From Candidatus Pacearchaeota archaeon (lineage in GTDB: Archaea > Nanobdellota > Nanobdellia > Pacearchaeales > GW2011-AR1): a DNA stretch of 51,401 nt. A program made the translations under genes and the position numbers. This document shows, piece after piece, positions 9,306-19,593 of this stretch (within the stretch, counting starts at the first letter, position 1; each line of letters starts with the position of its first letter). The stretch lies in NCBI GenBank assembly GCA_018303925.1, contig JAGVXF010000011.1, forward strand, positions 10,563 through 61,963, written 5' to 3'. The notes beneath the pieces were generated by a model. It ran no database searches. It was not told the origin of the DNA and was given only the letters and a program-made list of their open reading frames with translations.

Positions 9306-9920
9306 TTATTCTATCTTCTTAATTTCATTAAGAATCTTGTTTTTTAGTGCGGGTGACGTGTGTGTTTTTCCAAACCTCACCAAAGTTGGGTTAACTTCAC
9401 TCCATTTGTTTTTTGGGAAAATCTCTTTTAGGGTCCTTTCAATCATTTCCGGCTTTTGTGAATTAACCCACCCAAGATAATTTGAGATATAAGTTACATG
9501 TGTGTCAACGCCAATTGCATCACTTCCATATGCAGATAAAAATACATTTCCCGTTTTTCTTCCGACTCCCGGAAGTTCAATTAGTTTAGTTAAGTCCTCA
9601 GGAATCCTTGAATTTAAATCTTTTACAATTTTCTTTGCGCACTCGATTATATTTTTTGCCTTATTTTGAAAAAAATTTACCGGCTTAATTAATTCTTCAA
9701 CTTCTTTTAAACCTGCATTTGAAAGTTTTTCTGCGGACGAAAACTTTTGAAATAGTTTTTTACAAACTTCAATAGTAGTTTCGTCCCTGGTTCTTGCTGA
9801 AAGAATTATTGAAATTAAAGTCTGAAAAGGGATCGGCCACTCTTCTGCTACAAGACGCATTTTTTTCACGCCTTTTTTCATTTCTTCAAGCTGTTTTAAG
9901 GCAATTTCACGGGGGAACAT
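9306..9920 (-). CDS. nth: Endonuclease III-family HhH-GPD glycosylase lacking the C-terminal Fe-S motif
   Basis: LISIILSARTRDE, HhH LPGVGRKTGNV, catalytic VDTHV; ends without C-x6-C-x2-C-x5-C. Confidence 0.88.
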   Translation of the reverse strand: MFPREIALKQLEEMKKGVKKMRLVAEEWPIPFQTLISIILSARTRDETTIEVCKKLFQKFSSAEKLSNAGLKEVEELIKPVNFFQNKAKNIIECAKKIVKDLNSRIPEDLTKLIELPGVGRKTGNVFLSAYGSDAIGVDTHVTYISNYLGWVNSQKPEMIERTLKEIFPKNKWSEVNPTLVRFGKTHTSPALKNKILNEIKKIE

Positions 9921-9953
9921 AAATTTTTAATGACTAATTTACTTTTAAAATTT

Positions 9954-10646
9954 ATGTTAGATGAACTTATTTCTGAAATTCAAAAAAATTATTCAAAAGA
10001 AAGAGCAGAGCACTCAAAAAGATTTTTCAAAACCGGTATTGGTGAATATGGCGAGGGAGATGTTTTTCTCGGGCTTTCTGTTCCACAGGTAAGGAGCTTT
10101 GCAAAAAAATACAGAGAATTATCCCTCTCACAAATCCAAAGGCTTCTTGATTCAGTAACTCATGAATATAGGCTGGTTGCGGGCATAATTTTAACGGATA
10201 AATTTGAGAAAAACCCCGAAGAGGTTTTCAATTTCTACATAAAAAATGCGAAAAGGTTTAACAATTGGGATTTGGTCGATTTAACTGCCCCAAAAATTAC
10301 GGGAAATTTTCTTCTTGATAAAAATAAAAAAATTCTTTATGACCTTGCAAAATCAAAGAACTTATGGGAGAAAAGGATTGCAATTGTCTCAACTTACGCT
10401 TTCATACGGGAAGGGAAGTTTGCAGACACCCTTAAAATTTCAGAAATTTTACTCAATAACCCCCATGACTTAATACACAAAGCAGTGGGCTGGATGCTAA
10501 GAGAAGTTGGAAAAAGAAGTGAAGAAATACTTAAAGACTTTTTAAAAGTTAATTATAAAAAAATCCCAAGGACAACTCTTCGTTATGCAATTGAAAAATT
10601 TGACGAAAAAGAAAGGAAAAAATTACTTAAGGAAAAATTTGATTGA
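9954..10646 (+). CDS. DNA alkylation repair protein (AlkD-like)
   Basis: FFKTG.GEYGEGD.FLG, NNWDLVD, HDLIHKAVGWMLREVGK, RTTLRYAIEK. Confidence 0.92.
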   Translation: MLDELISEIQKNYSKERAEHSKRFFKTGIGEYGEGDVFLGLSVPQVRSFAKKYRELSLSQIQRLLDSVTHEYRLVAGIILTDKFEKNPEEVFNFYIKNAKRFNNWDLVDLTAPKITGNFLLDKNKKILYDLAKSKNLWEKRIAIVSTYAFIREGKFADTLKISEILLNNPHDLIHKAVGWMLREVGKRSEEILKDFLKVNYKKIPRTTLRYAIEKFDEKERKKLLKEKFD

Positions 10647-10647
10647 C

Positions 10648-10881
10648 CTACGGAAAACAATCGTGCATTTTAATATCCCCTTTCCCTTCAAAAATTCTTT
10701 CAGGAGGTATTATGGGGGAATTGTTTATAGAATTTAATAACTCATCAAGAGATTCTTTTTTTCTTCTTCTTGACATTTCAATATAATTTATCTCTTCACC
10801 TTCAGAAGTAATATATCTCACCGTATAACAATCTTTTATTCCCCCATAAGGAACCATCTTTGTTTTATAATTGTCTCCCAT
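10648..10881 (-). CDS. Hypothetical protein
   Basis: 77-aa ATG ORF in the gap between alkD-like gene and ATPase. Confidence 0.5.
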   Translation of the reverse strand: MGDNYKTKMVPYGGIKDCYTVRYITSEGEEINYIEMSRRRKKESLDELLNSINNSPIIPPERIFEGKGDIKMHDCFP

Positions 10882-10926
10882 ACTTTATCAAAAATGAACC
10901 TGTTTAAAAATATTTATTCACTTAAT

Positions 10927-13560
10927 TCATGAATCAATCTTAAATATCTTCCCGTTGCGGTTCATTTTTTTCAAAATATCAAAAATCAAAATAAGCAAAA
11001 ACGCAAATCCAAGTGCGGCAATCCAGTCTACAAAAGGCAATGGTATTGTGCCAAAGAGGCTATTTAATGGGGTGTATATTATTGCAAAAGTTGCAACAAG
11101 TGATATGACTGCTGCAATTGCAAGGTAAGGGTTGGCAATAGGTGAGCGCGTCAGCGTAAGTTTTCTAAAACTCCTGAAATTAAATGCCCCTGCTATTTCT
11201 ATCACAATCAAAGCCAGAAGCGCAGTTGTCCTTGCATCCTCTGCACTCTGACCCAAAACATTGAATGCAAAATAAAAAGTAGCGAGAACAAAAATTGTCA
11301 TGAGAGATCCTGCAAAAATTAAAAGTCCAAAAAGGGTCTTATTTAATATATGAGATTTTGCTCTTGGCTTTTCATCTAGTATATCTTCTGAAGACTTATT
11401 AAATCCAAGGGTTATCGCGGGAAGGTCATCAGTGACAAGATTCATGAACAATATCTGCAGAGCAAGGAGAAGAGGAATAGGCCAGCCGAAAACAGGAACA
11501 AGCAAAACCCCCAAGAACAAAATCATGAGTTCTGCATAATTGCATGAAAGCTGATAAGTCACAAATTTTCTTATATTGTTAAAAATTGTCCTCCCTTCCT
11601 TGATTGCATCTATAAGCGTCACAAAATTGTCGTCTTTAAGGATTAAATCAGCAACTGAACGCGAGACATCTGTTCCGTTTTTCCCCATAGCAACCCCTAT
11701 ATGAGCCTCTTTAAGGGCAGGGGAATCATTTACCCCGTCTCCTGTCATTGTTACAATTTCTCCGTTTTCTTTTAGTGCTCTCACAATCCTTAATTTATGC
11801 TCCGGCTTTACCCTTGCAAAGATAACAGATTTTTTCACTTCCTCTGCAAGACGGTTATCAGACAATTTGTCTATCTCAAAACCTTCAAGAATTTTTCCTG
11901 AGCCTAAATTTATCTCTTTTGCAATTGCAAGTGCAGTCTCTCTGTCGTCTCCTGTTATCATCTTTATTTTTATTCCTGTTCTCCTGCACATCACCAAAGC
12001 CTCTTTTACACCTTCCCTTGGAGGATCTTCCATTCCGACAACTCCCAAAAAAATTAAATCCTCTTCTTTTATCTCTTTTGAATCATTTTCCCTGTATGCT
12101 ATCGCAAGCGTACGAAGTGACATTGAAGCCATTTTTTTATTTTCATCAAGTATCTTTTTTTTGTCTTTTTCAAGAAGTCTGAAAATACCATCTTTCCTTT
12201 GCATATATTTGCATTTCCCAAGGATATACTCCAAAGCCCCCTTTGAATAAACCATTTTTTTCTTTCCTTCACGGTAAAGGACAGACATCATTTTTCGTTC
12301 AGATGAAAAAGGTACTTCATCATCTCTTTCCCCAAAATCTTCCTTGTAAATGCCGGCTTTTGAAGCCATAACTAAAAGGGCCGCTTCTGTCGGGGTTCCC
12401 AAGACTTCAAATTCCTTATCTTCTCCAGTCCTCTTTATTTTTGCATCATTGCAGATTACAGAAGATTTTAATAAAAGATTTAGAACCTTCTCATCTGTCT
12501 GATTAACAGGCATTTTGTTAAAGAGAAATTTTCCGTTTCCTGCGTAACCCACTCCTGTAACATCAAGAAATTTATTATCCAAAAAAATTCTTTTTATGGT
12601 CATCTCCCCTTTGGTTATTGTTCCGGTTTTATCTGTGCATATAACTGTTGTTTCCCCAAGTGTTTCTATAATTGACATCCTATTCACTATTGCGTTTTTT
12701 TGGGCCATTTTGTATGCCCCAACTGATAAAGTTGTTATCAAAACAACTGGAAAACCTTCAGGAAATGCAGAAACAGCTATAGCAATAGTTAAAACAAGAA
12801 TTCCGGCAATTGAATCGCCGGATGAATTTGAGCGCAAAAATGCGATAAAACCTGTAAGAATAGCAATTGTAATTCCAAAGAAGGATATGTATTTTGAAAT
12901 TGAATTAACTTTTTTTTGAAGAGGCAGTTCTTTTTCGGCATTTGATATAAGTCCTGCTATCTTTCCAAACTTAGTGTCCATCCCAGTTTCCATGACTTCA
13001 GCCATGCATTTGCCATCTATGATAAATGAACCTGCAAAAAGCATGTTTTCTTTTGAAGGGTTTTTCGAGTTATAGGATGCAATTTTTTTCACCTCATCTG
13101 CTTCACCAGTCAGAACTGCTTCATTAATAAGAAGATTTTTTTCAAAAATAATAACACAATCCGCCGGAATTTTTTCCCCGGTCCTTAAAACAAGAATATC
13201 TCCCGGTACAATTTCCTTTGTCGGAATTTCCGTCTCAACGTCATCCCTTATTACAATAGAAACAGGCATAAGCATTTCCTTTAGCTTTTCAATTGCTTTT
13301 TCGGCTTTATACTCCTGAAAAAATCCTGTAGATATAACTAAAATAATAACAACCATAATAACATACGCTGTTACAGACTCACCTACAAAAAAAGAAATAA
13401 ACATTGCAAAAAGAAGAAGATAAATTATAAAATTTTTCTTAACCTGCCGTAGTAGAATGCCTAAAAGCGAAGCCTTTCCGACATCCTTTATTTCATTAAA
13501 CCCATATTTTTCCAGCCTCTTTTTAGCTTCTTTTTTACCAAGACCTTTTTGTTTTATCAT
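10927..13560 (-). CDS. Cation-transporting P-type ATPase (type II, Ca2+-like)
   Basis: LTGE, PEGFP, phosphorylation site DKTGT, KGA, MITGD, TGDGVND; multiple TM helices. Confidence 0.95.
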   Translation of the reverse strand: MIKQKGLGKKEAKKRLEKYGFNEIKDVGKASLLGILLRQVKKNFIIYLLLFAMFISFFVGESVTAYVIMVVIILVISTGFFQEYKAEKAIEKLKEMLMPVSIVIRDDVETEIPTKEIVPGDILVLRTGEKIPADCVIIFEKNLLINEAVLTGEADEVKKIASYNSKNPSKENMLFAGSFIIDGKCMAEVMETGMDTKFGKIAGLISNAEKELPLQKKVNSISKYISFFGITIAILTGFIAFLRSNSSGDSIAGILVLTIAIAVSAFPEGFPVVLITTLSVGAYKMAQKNAIVNRMSIIETLGETTVICTDKTGTITKGEMTIKRIFLDNKFLDVTGVGYAGNGKFLFNKMPVNQTDEKVLNLLLKSSVICNDAKIKRTGEDKEFEVLGTPTEAALLVMASKAGIYKEDFGERDDEVPFSSERKMMSVLYREGKKKMVYSKGALEYILGKCKYMQRKDGIFRLLEKDKKKILDENKKMASMSLRTLAIAYRENDSKEIKEEDLIFLGVVGMEDPPREGVKEALVMCRRTGIKIKMITGDDRETALAIAKEINLGSGKILEGFEIDKLSDNRLAEEVKKSVIFARVKPEHKLRIVRALKENGEIVTMTGDGVNDSPALKEAHIGVAMGKNGTDVSRSVADLILKDDNFVTLIDAIKEGRTIFNNIRKFVTYQLSCNYAELMILFLGVLLVPVFGWPIPLLLALQILFMNLVTDDLPAITLGFNKSSEDILDEKPRAKSHILNKTLFGLLIFAGSLMTIFVLATFYFAFNVLGQSAEDARTTALLALIVIEIAGAFNFRSFRKLTLTRSPIANPYLAIAAVISLVATFAIIYTPLNSLFGTIPLPFVDWIAALGFAFLLILIFDILKKMNRNGKIFKIDS

Positions 13561-13614
13561 TAGATTAATCAAGGAAGAATCTGAATTTAAATATTTCTTA
13601 TTGGAATTATTTCA

Positions 13615-15267
13615 TCATAATTTATCCTTTTCAACTTTAGGGTGCTTCTGACCCTTCTTTAGCCTTTCCTTGAGGATTTTTAGTTCATTAACCTTCTCTT
13701 TTTCATAAACATTTTTATTGTCTTTTGCGGTTTCAATAAGTTTTGAAGTGTATTCCCCTCCAAGAAAATGGGGAAGGATTACATAATCTGCTCCGGAATG
13801 GTAAAGTTCAATTGCGTCTTCAATCTGCCTTGCAGTCAGGATAGCAACTGACTTTGACTTGCCTCTTTTGATTACTTTAAGAATTAACTGATTTGTCTCT
13901 TTTTCAGGAATTGTGGATACAATTAAAGAAGCCTTGCCAATTTCAAGGTCTCTCACAACATCAGGATTATAATCCACAACAAGAAAATTCTTTGTTATTT
14001 TTGAAAAAGACTTGATTACAGAAAAACCTATTCTGTTATATCCAAATAAAATATAATCATAACTTTTTCTAGGTATTTCTTTTTCCTTTAATTTTTTTCT
14101 TTCAAAGACTGTAAGAAAACCTAAAATTTTATTGAAGATTGCATCAGAGTAAATGATAAGATATGTCGAACCTGCAATTGTGATTAATCCTATTATGGTC
14201 ACAAAAGAAAGTATCTCCGGACTTAAACTTCCGGTCTTTACTCCTAAAGCAATTAATATCAGCGAAAATTCTGAAATCTGGGCAACGGTCAGACCAGCCA
14301 TAAAACCTGTTTTTTTACTGTAGCCTAAAAGTCCCATAAGAAGCATCACAATAATGGGATTTCCTATAAGGATAAAAAGCGAGAGGATAATTGCCGGAAC
14401 AATCATATTATTTATGTCCCCGAAGGTCATCTGGCTTCCTAAAATTATAAAAAAGAATATTATGAAAAAATCCCTTAAAGGCTTTAATTTTGAACTCACC
14501 TCATAACTGTAAGGAGACATTGAGAGCATTATTCCCGCAATCAATGCCCCGACTTCTATAGAAAGACCTACATAGGTGAAAAGAAGGGACAATCCAAATC
14601 CCCATGATATGGCAAACAAAAATAAAAACTCCTGGGACTTCGCAAAAAAGTTGCTTAATTTTGGCAAAACATAATAACTTATCGGAATTAAAAAAGCAAT
14701 TAGGACCGCACCTTTTATTATTGTTGAAAAAATAAGGCTGCCTGCAGCCCCCTCCCCGCTTGAGAGAGAAGAAACGGCAATTAGTATGAAGATAGCAACT
14801 AAATCCTGAACTAATAAAAAACCAATTGAAATTTTTCCGTAAAGCTTCTCAAGAGCATCCTTGTCTGAGAGCAATTTCATTATTATAATAGTTGAGGAAA
14901 AAGTAAGAGCAACTGCAATATATATTGAAGTGACCACATCAAATCCCAGAGAAATGCATATGAAGTAACCAATCAGGGAAGTGAAAACTATCTGCCCGAT
15001 TCCCGTAATAAGAGAAATTTTACCAACTTCTTTTATCACTTTAGGGGAAAGGTGAAGCCCAATGACAAAAAGTAAAAAAGCAATCCCCATTTCCGAAAAG
15101 ACATTTATTATCTCACTGCTCCGAAGAAGGTCAAGAAAAAGGGGGCCGACAAGCAATCCCGTTAATATATATCCGATTATAAGAGGCTGTTTTAAGAGCC
15201 TTATCACAATTGAAACTCCAAAAACCGCCAGAATTATAAGTCCAAATTGTATAAACGGATTATCCAT
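13615..15267 (-). CDS. CPA2/Kef-type cation:proton antiporter with C-terminal TrkA-N (RCK) domain
   Basis: FSSTIII, LLVQD, QISEFS TM motifs; GYNRIG Rossmann motif; GADYVI. Confidence 0.9.
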   Translation of the reverse strand: MDNPFIQFGLIILAVFGVSIVIRLLKQPLIIGYILTGLLVGPLFLDLLRSSEIINVFSEMGIAFLLFVIGLHLSPKVIKEVGKISLITGIGQIVFTSLIGYFICISLGFDVVTSIYIAVALTFSSTIIIMKLLSDKDALEKLYGKISIGFLLVQDLVAIFILIAVSSLSSGEGAAGSLIFSTIIKGAVLIAFLIPISYYVLPKLSNFFAKSQEFLFLFAISWGFGLSLLFTYVGLSIEVGALIAGIMLSMSPYSYEVSSKLKPLRDFFIIFFFIILGSQMTFGDINNMIVPAIILSLFILIGNPIIVMLLMGLLGYSKKTGFMAGLTVAQISEFSLILIALGVKTGSLSPEILSFVTIIGLITIAGSTYLIIYSDAIFNKILGFLTVFERKKLKEKEIPRKSYDYILFGYNRIGFSVIKSFSKITKNFLVVDYNPDVVRDLEIGKASLIVSTIPEKETNQLILKVIKRGKSKSVAILTARQIEDAIELYHSGADYVILPHFLGGEYTSKLIETAKDNKNVYEKEKVNELKILKERLKKGQKHPKVEKDKL

Positions 15268-15423
15268 TTTCCTCTTTTTTTGTTTTTTGTATTAATTAGG
15301 GTTACAAGGCAAAGATTATTTATAAGTTTATTGAAGAACAATCAGAAAAATTTCAAAATAGGAAACACTTTAAAATCTTTTATATGGTTAAATCTATATT
15401 GAAATAAAATAAAGAAAATCAAA

Positions 15424-16440
15424 ATGAAAAAGACAAAATACGATTCGTATCTTTCAGGAAAACTTGTGAAAGGCTGCCGGCTTTGCGTAGAGGGGCGTAA
15501 AATGGTCCTTTTTGTAACTGGGCTTTGCTCACGAGGATGCGATTTTTGCCCCTTGTCAAAATTAAGAAAAAATATAGACAGCACTTATGCAAATGAAAGA
15601 CCGGTGAAATCCCTTAAGGAACTTTTCAAAGAAATAGAGGTTTCCGGGGCAAATGGCTGCTCAATTACCGGCGGAGACCCACTGCTTAAATTAAAAAAGA
15701 CGGTCATTTTAGGAAAAGCCCTTAAGAAAAAATTCGGAAAAAAGTTTCACATACATATTTACCTTTCAACAAAACTTGTGAATTACAAAAACCTAAAAAA
15801 ACTCTCCAGTTTCATCGATGAAGCAAGGTTTCACCCCGACTTTGAAAAGCCTGCCATGGAAGAGATAGAAAAAATAAAACTTGCGGGAAAATTTTGGGAC
15901 AAAAAAAATATAGGAATTGAAATCCCATGTTTTCCAGACAAAATCGATAAAATTTACAGATTTATTTTAAAAGCAAAAGAACATTTTTCTTTTCTGAACC
16001 TCAATGAACTTGAAGCGGGAGAAATTACAGGACATGAAATGGCGAAAAAATATAGACTGAACAAAGATGGCTACACTGTCAGAAAATCCATAAATGCAGG
16101 AATAAAATTAATAAAAAAATTAGAGAAAAGAAAAATAAAGTTAAACATTAACCTTTGCACAGCAAAACTTAAGATATGGCATCAGTATGGGTGCAGACTT
16201 AAAAATTACAAGGCGTTTAATTTTTCAAAAAAAACAAAAGATGGAACCCTTCTTTATTTTTCAACTGCGGGCGCAAATGAAAAATTTTTGGGCAAGAAAG
16301 ATTTTTTTTACGACAAAAATAAAAACCAATTAATCATAAATCCTAAAATAATTTCGAGACTAAAAGATAAAATTGAAATTTATAAAACTGAAGAATATCC
16401 CACATATGACAGAGAAGAGGTTTTAAAAGAAAAGATTTAG
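15424..16440 (+). CDS. Radical SAM protein (uncharacterised archaeal PFL-activating-enzyme-related family)
   Basis: GCRLC, CSRGCDFC (CxxxCxxC), ITGGDPL, LNLNELE. Confidence 0.9.
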   Translation: MKKTKYDSYLSGKLVKGCRLCVEGRKMVLFVTGLCSRGCDFCPLSKLRKNIDSTYANERPVKSLKELFKEIEVSGANGCSITGGDPLLKLKKTVILGKALKKKFGKKFHIHIYLSTKLVNYKNLKKLSSFIDEARFHPDFEKPAMEEIEKIKLAGKFWDKKNIGIEIPCFPDKIDKIYRFILKAKEHFSFLNLNELEAGEITGHEMAKKYRLNKDGYTVRKSINAGIKLIKKLEKRKIKLNINLCTAKLKIWHQYGCRLKNYKAFNFSKKTKDGTLLYFSTAGANEKFLGKKDFFYDKNKNQLIINPKIISRLKDKIEIYKTEEYPTYDREEVLKEKI

Positions 16441-17318
16441 TGCAGGGGTCTTTTTTTAACGCGCCCGCCCGAGACATCATTAAGGCTTTGCTCTATTATG
16501 AGTGCAGAGGGGTCTATTGATTTTATTTCGTTTTTAATTCTGGAAACTTCAATTCTTGTTACGATTGTGTAAAGGATGTCCAGGTCAAGATTTCTTGAAT
16601 CTTCTTCAGAGTACCCTCCTTTTCCTTTGTAAATTGTGACTCCTTTTTTGAGGTCGTGTATAAGTTTTTTCCTTATCTCTTTGTTTTTTTCTGAAATTAT
16701 TACAATTCCTATATATTCTTCAATTCCCGTCACAATAAAATCAAGGGTTTTAAATGCAGTCAGATAAATTAAAATTGAATAGAGTGCGACTTCTATGCTT
16801 AGAAGAACAGCTGCAAAAGAAAAAATAATTATATTCATCAAAAAAATAATTTCCCCCACACTCATGCTTAATTTTCTGCTTAGGTAAACTGAAAGAACTT
16901 CTGTTCCATCAAGAACACTTCCTCCTCTTATTGAAAGGCCTATTCCGGCCCCAAGCAAAAAACCCCCGAAAACGGATACCAAAAGTTTGTCTGAAGTTAC
17001 CACGGGATATTCAACAATCCAAAGACAGACTGAAAGTAACAGAATTGCAAAAAATGTTTTTATGGCAAATGGCTTATTGATTTGCCTTCTTGCAAGAAAG
17101 ATAAATGGAAGGTTAAGGATAAAAATCAAAACTGAGACAGAGATTGGAGTCAAAAAATGAATCAAAAGGGATATTCCTGTAATTCCCCCATCAATAAAGC
17201 CGTTTGGAATCAAAAAACCCTTAAGCCCAAAACCAGCAACTACAACCCCTATTAATATTAAAAAGTATTCTTTAATTTCCAAAAGGGTAATCCTGAACCT
17301 CCTCTCTTTTTTCACCAT
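16437..17318 (-). CDS. YitT family membrane protein
   Basis: DGGITGIS, LNLPF, GAGIG..RGGSVLDGTE, KGVTIYKGKGGYS, IDPSA. Confidence 0.9.
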   Translation of the reverse strand: MVKKERRFRITLLEIKEYFLILIGVVVAGFGLKGFLIPNGFIDGGITGISLLIHFLTPISVSVLIFILNLPFIFLARRQINKPFAIKTFFAILLLSVCLWIVEYPVVTSDKLLVSVFGGFLLGAGIGLSIRGGSVLDGTEVLSVYLSRKLSMSVGEIIFLMNIIIFSFAAVLLSIEVALYSILIYLTAFKTLDFIVTGIEEYIGIVIISEKNKEIRKKLIHDLKKGVTIYKGKGGYSEEDSRNLDLDILYTIVTRIEVSRIKNEIKSIDPSALIIEQSLNDVSGGRVKKRPLH

Positions 17319-17394
17319 AATCAGTTAAATGTGATGCTTCTTTTAAATTTATCCGGTTTAAAAAACCTTAAAAGTTCCCCCCCTTTGTAATTCC

Positions 17395-18282
17395 ATGATA
17401 AATCTTGAAAAAATAAAACAGAGTAAATCCACTGAAGAACTCCTTGAATTTTCAATAATTAATATAGACAAGCCAACAGGACCTACCAGCTTTGATGTTT
17501 CAGATTTTGTTCGTAAAACTCTTGGGGCAAGAAAAACTTCACATTTTGGAACTCTTGATCCTAAAGTTACTGGGGTACTCCCAATCGCCCTGAACAGGGC
17601 ATGCAAATTAACAGGATTTTTTTTAGGGGAAGACAAAACTTATGTCGGAATTGCAAGATTTCACGAGAAAGTTTCCATTGAAAAAATAGAAAAAGTAATA
17701 AAAGAAAAGTTTTCAGGCATAATAAAACAAATCCCCCCTGTAAAATCTAGGGTAAAAAGAGAAGAACGTGAAAGGGAGATTCATTCATTCAAACTTCTGG
17801 AGCAGGACGAAAAAGACATTTTGTTTTCCACAAAAGTAGAAGGCGGAACTTACATAAGAAAATTAATTGATGACCTTGGAAAAGAATTGGGAATTGGGGC
17901 GCACATGCTTGAACTTAGAAGAACAAACGCCGGAATTTTTTACGAAGACGATAAAATTTACCCTGCAGTTAATTTGTATGATTTTGAAAAAGCGGTTCTC
18001 GAATACCGAAAAGGGGACGACACCCTTTTAAGAAAAATTTTAATTCTGGCAGATATTGTCTGCTGGGTTTATCCCCCTGTTTTTATAAAAGACAAAAACT
18101 TAAAAAAAATTCATACCGGAAAACCCCTTTCCTACAGGGATCTTGAAAAAAATGAAAAACATGAAACGGGCGAAAAAATTTCAGTTTTTTGCGATGACAT
18201 ATTTATCGGGATGTACAAAGTTATTAATGAAGGGGAACTTTTTGCCAAGGGGGAGTTTGTAATGCAACCTGTTAAACAATAA
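17395..18282 (+). CDS. cbf5: Cbf5/TruB-family pseudouridine synthase
   Basis: INIDKPTGPTS, catalytic HFGTLDPKVTGVL, QIPPVKSRVKR, GGTYIRKL, GAHMLELRR; short PUA-like C-terminus. Confidence 0.92.
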   Translation: MINLEKIKQSKSTEELLEFSIINIDKPTGPTSFDVSDFVRKTLGARKTSHFGTLDPKVTGVLPIALNRACKLTGFFLGEDKTYVGIARFHEKVSIEKIEKVIKEKFSGIIKQIPPVKSRVKREEREREIHSFKLLEQDEKDILFSTKVEGGTYIRKLIDDLGKELGIGAHMLELRRTNAGIFYEDDKIYPAVNLYDFEKAVLEYRKGDDTLLRKILILADIVCWVYPPVFIKDKNLKKIHTGKPLSYRDLEKNEKHETGEKISVFCDDIFIGMYKVINEGELFAKGEFVMQPVKQ

Positions 18283-18313
18283 TAATTAAAAACCCTGACA
18301 AAGTTAGTTCTAT

Positions 18314-18532
18314 ATGAAGAGAGGTTCAGGATTAATTAAAACGGTTATGTTATTAAGCGCTTTTGGAGTTGCAAGTTGCTCATTAACACCCCGAATAATT
18401 TCATATGAGCAATATAATCCGAACTCATCACTAATAAAAGAAACTTATGTTGATTCTTCTGAATACAGAGAAAACCTTAAAAAATTCAATAAAAGCATTG
18501 AAGAAAAAAGGGAAAAACTTTCCGGAAATTAA
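18314..18532 (+). CDS. Putative small lipoprotein
   Basis: Basic N-terminus, hydrophobic core, lipobox-like VASC. Confidence 0.55.
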   Translation: MKRGSGLIKTVMLLSAFGVASCSLTPRIISYEQYNPNSSLIKETYVDSSEYRENLKKFNKSIEEKREKLSGN

Positions 18533-18585
18533 ATTCCTCTTATCTTTCTAGAAAAATATATATACTTTATTATACATATTAAAAT

Positions 18586-18957
18586 ATGCAAAAGAAGGGG
18601 CTTCTGTCAAGGTTGGTTTTTCCTTTAGCTGCTGTTTTATTTTTTTCCGGGTGTTATTCTGTTTTTGAAGTCCCAAAAAATCCTAAAAAAGAACTTAACT
18701 ACCCCTTAGAATTGCTGGATTTCGATTGTGATGGAATTCCCAACATTTATGACCCGCATCCCTACAATTATGATTTTTATTGGGGCTTAAAAATTTACTC
18801 AATTACTCCTTCCTTTAGAAACTACTATTACTACTATCCCCCCTATTTGCATTTTCCTTTCCCAAACAAAAATAGTGATAAAGAAGCCCCATCTGTTTTC
18901 CCTAAAAAAGAAAGGAAAAAGGATACTCAGGAATTGAGAAATAATGGGAGCAGATGA
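18586..18957 (+). CDS. Putative lipoprotein with a TSP type-3-like Ca-binding motif
   Basis: Lipobox-like FSGC; DFDCDGIPNIYDPHP. Confidence 0.6.
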   Translation: MQKKGLLSRLVFPLAAVLFFSGCYSVFEVPKNPKKELNYPLELLDFDCDGIPNIYDPHPYNYDFYWGLKIYSITPSFRNYYYYYPPYLHFPFPNKNSDKEAPSVFPKKERKKDTQELRNNGSR

Positions 18958-19008
18958 GATTCCAAAAGAATAAGATAAACTTATTAAGAGCCGTTTCTAA
19001 AAAAAATA

Positions 19009-19593
19009 ATGAGACAATTCCTTTACTTTTCAAACTCGGCTGCGACATCGGGAAAAGCCCTCAGTGAAGGAGACCTTATGAAAGCCGGAAGAATGGACAT
19101 TGCAATACATTCATTTATACAGGGGATTTTTTTGTCACATGGATTCAGAAAAGACGTCACTTTCCACTTTGTGTTTTACGGAATGCCTGACCCGCCAAAG
19201 CACATTGAAATAACAGTAACCGATGAACTCGAAATTTCAAAAAAAGATGTCGGAAATTTAATAAAGAAGATTTTATACAAATACAGGCCTGGAGAAAAAA
19301 CTGGAGTTTTTCCGGGATGCTTTATTGAGAAAAAAAGCTTTTTGAATGTTATTGAAGAAATTTTACAAAAAGATACTAAATGTTTTATCCTTGACAAAAA
19401 CGGAAAATCAATAAGGGAAATAGAAATTCCTAAGGACTGCTGTTTTATCCTTGGGGACCACGACGGACTTCCTAAAAAAGAGATGAAACGCCTTAAAAAA
19501 ATTATGACTCCTGTGTCAATAGGGCCTAAAATATATTTTGCCTCCCAAACCATTGCAGTTGTGAATAATGAACTTGATTTTAGGGGGTTATAA
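19009..19593 (+). CDS. trmY: tRNA (pseudouridine54-N1)-methyltransferase (SPOUT)
   Basis: AGRMD, FLSHGFRKD, GMPDPPK, FILGDHDG, SIGPKIYFASQ. Confidence 0.9.
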   Translation: MRQFLYFSNSAATSGKALSEGDLMKAGRMDIAIHSFIQGIFLSHGFRKDVTFHFVFYGMPDPPKHIEITVTDELEISKKDVGNLIKKILYKYRPGEKTGVFPGCFIEKKSFLNVIEEILQKDTKCFILDKNGKSIREIEIPKDCCFILGDHDGLPKKEMKRLKKIMTPVSIGPKIYFASQTIAVVNNELDFRGL

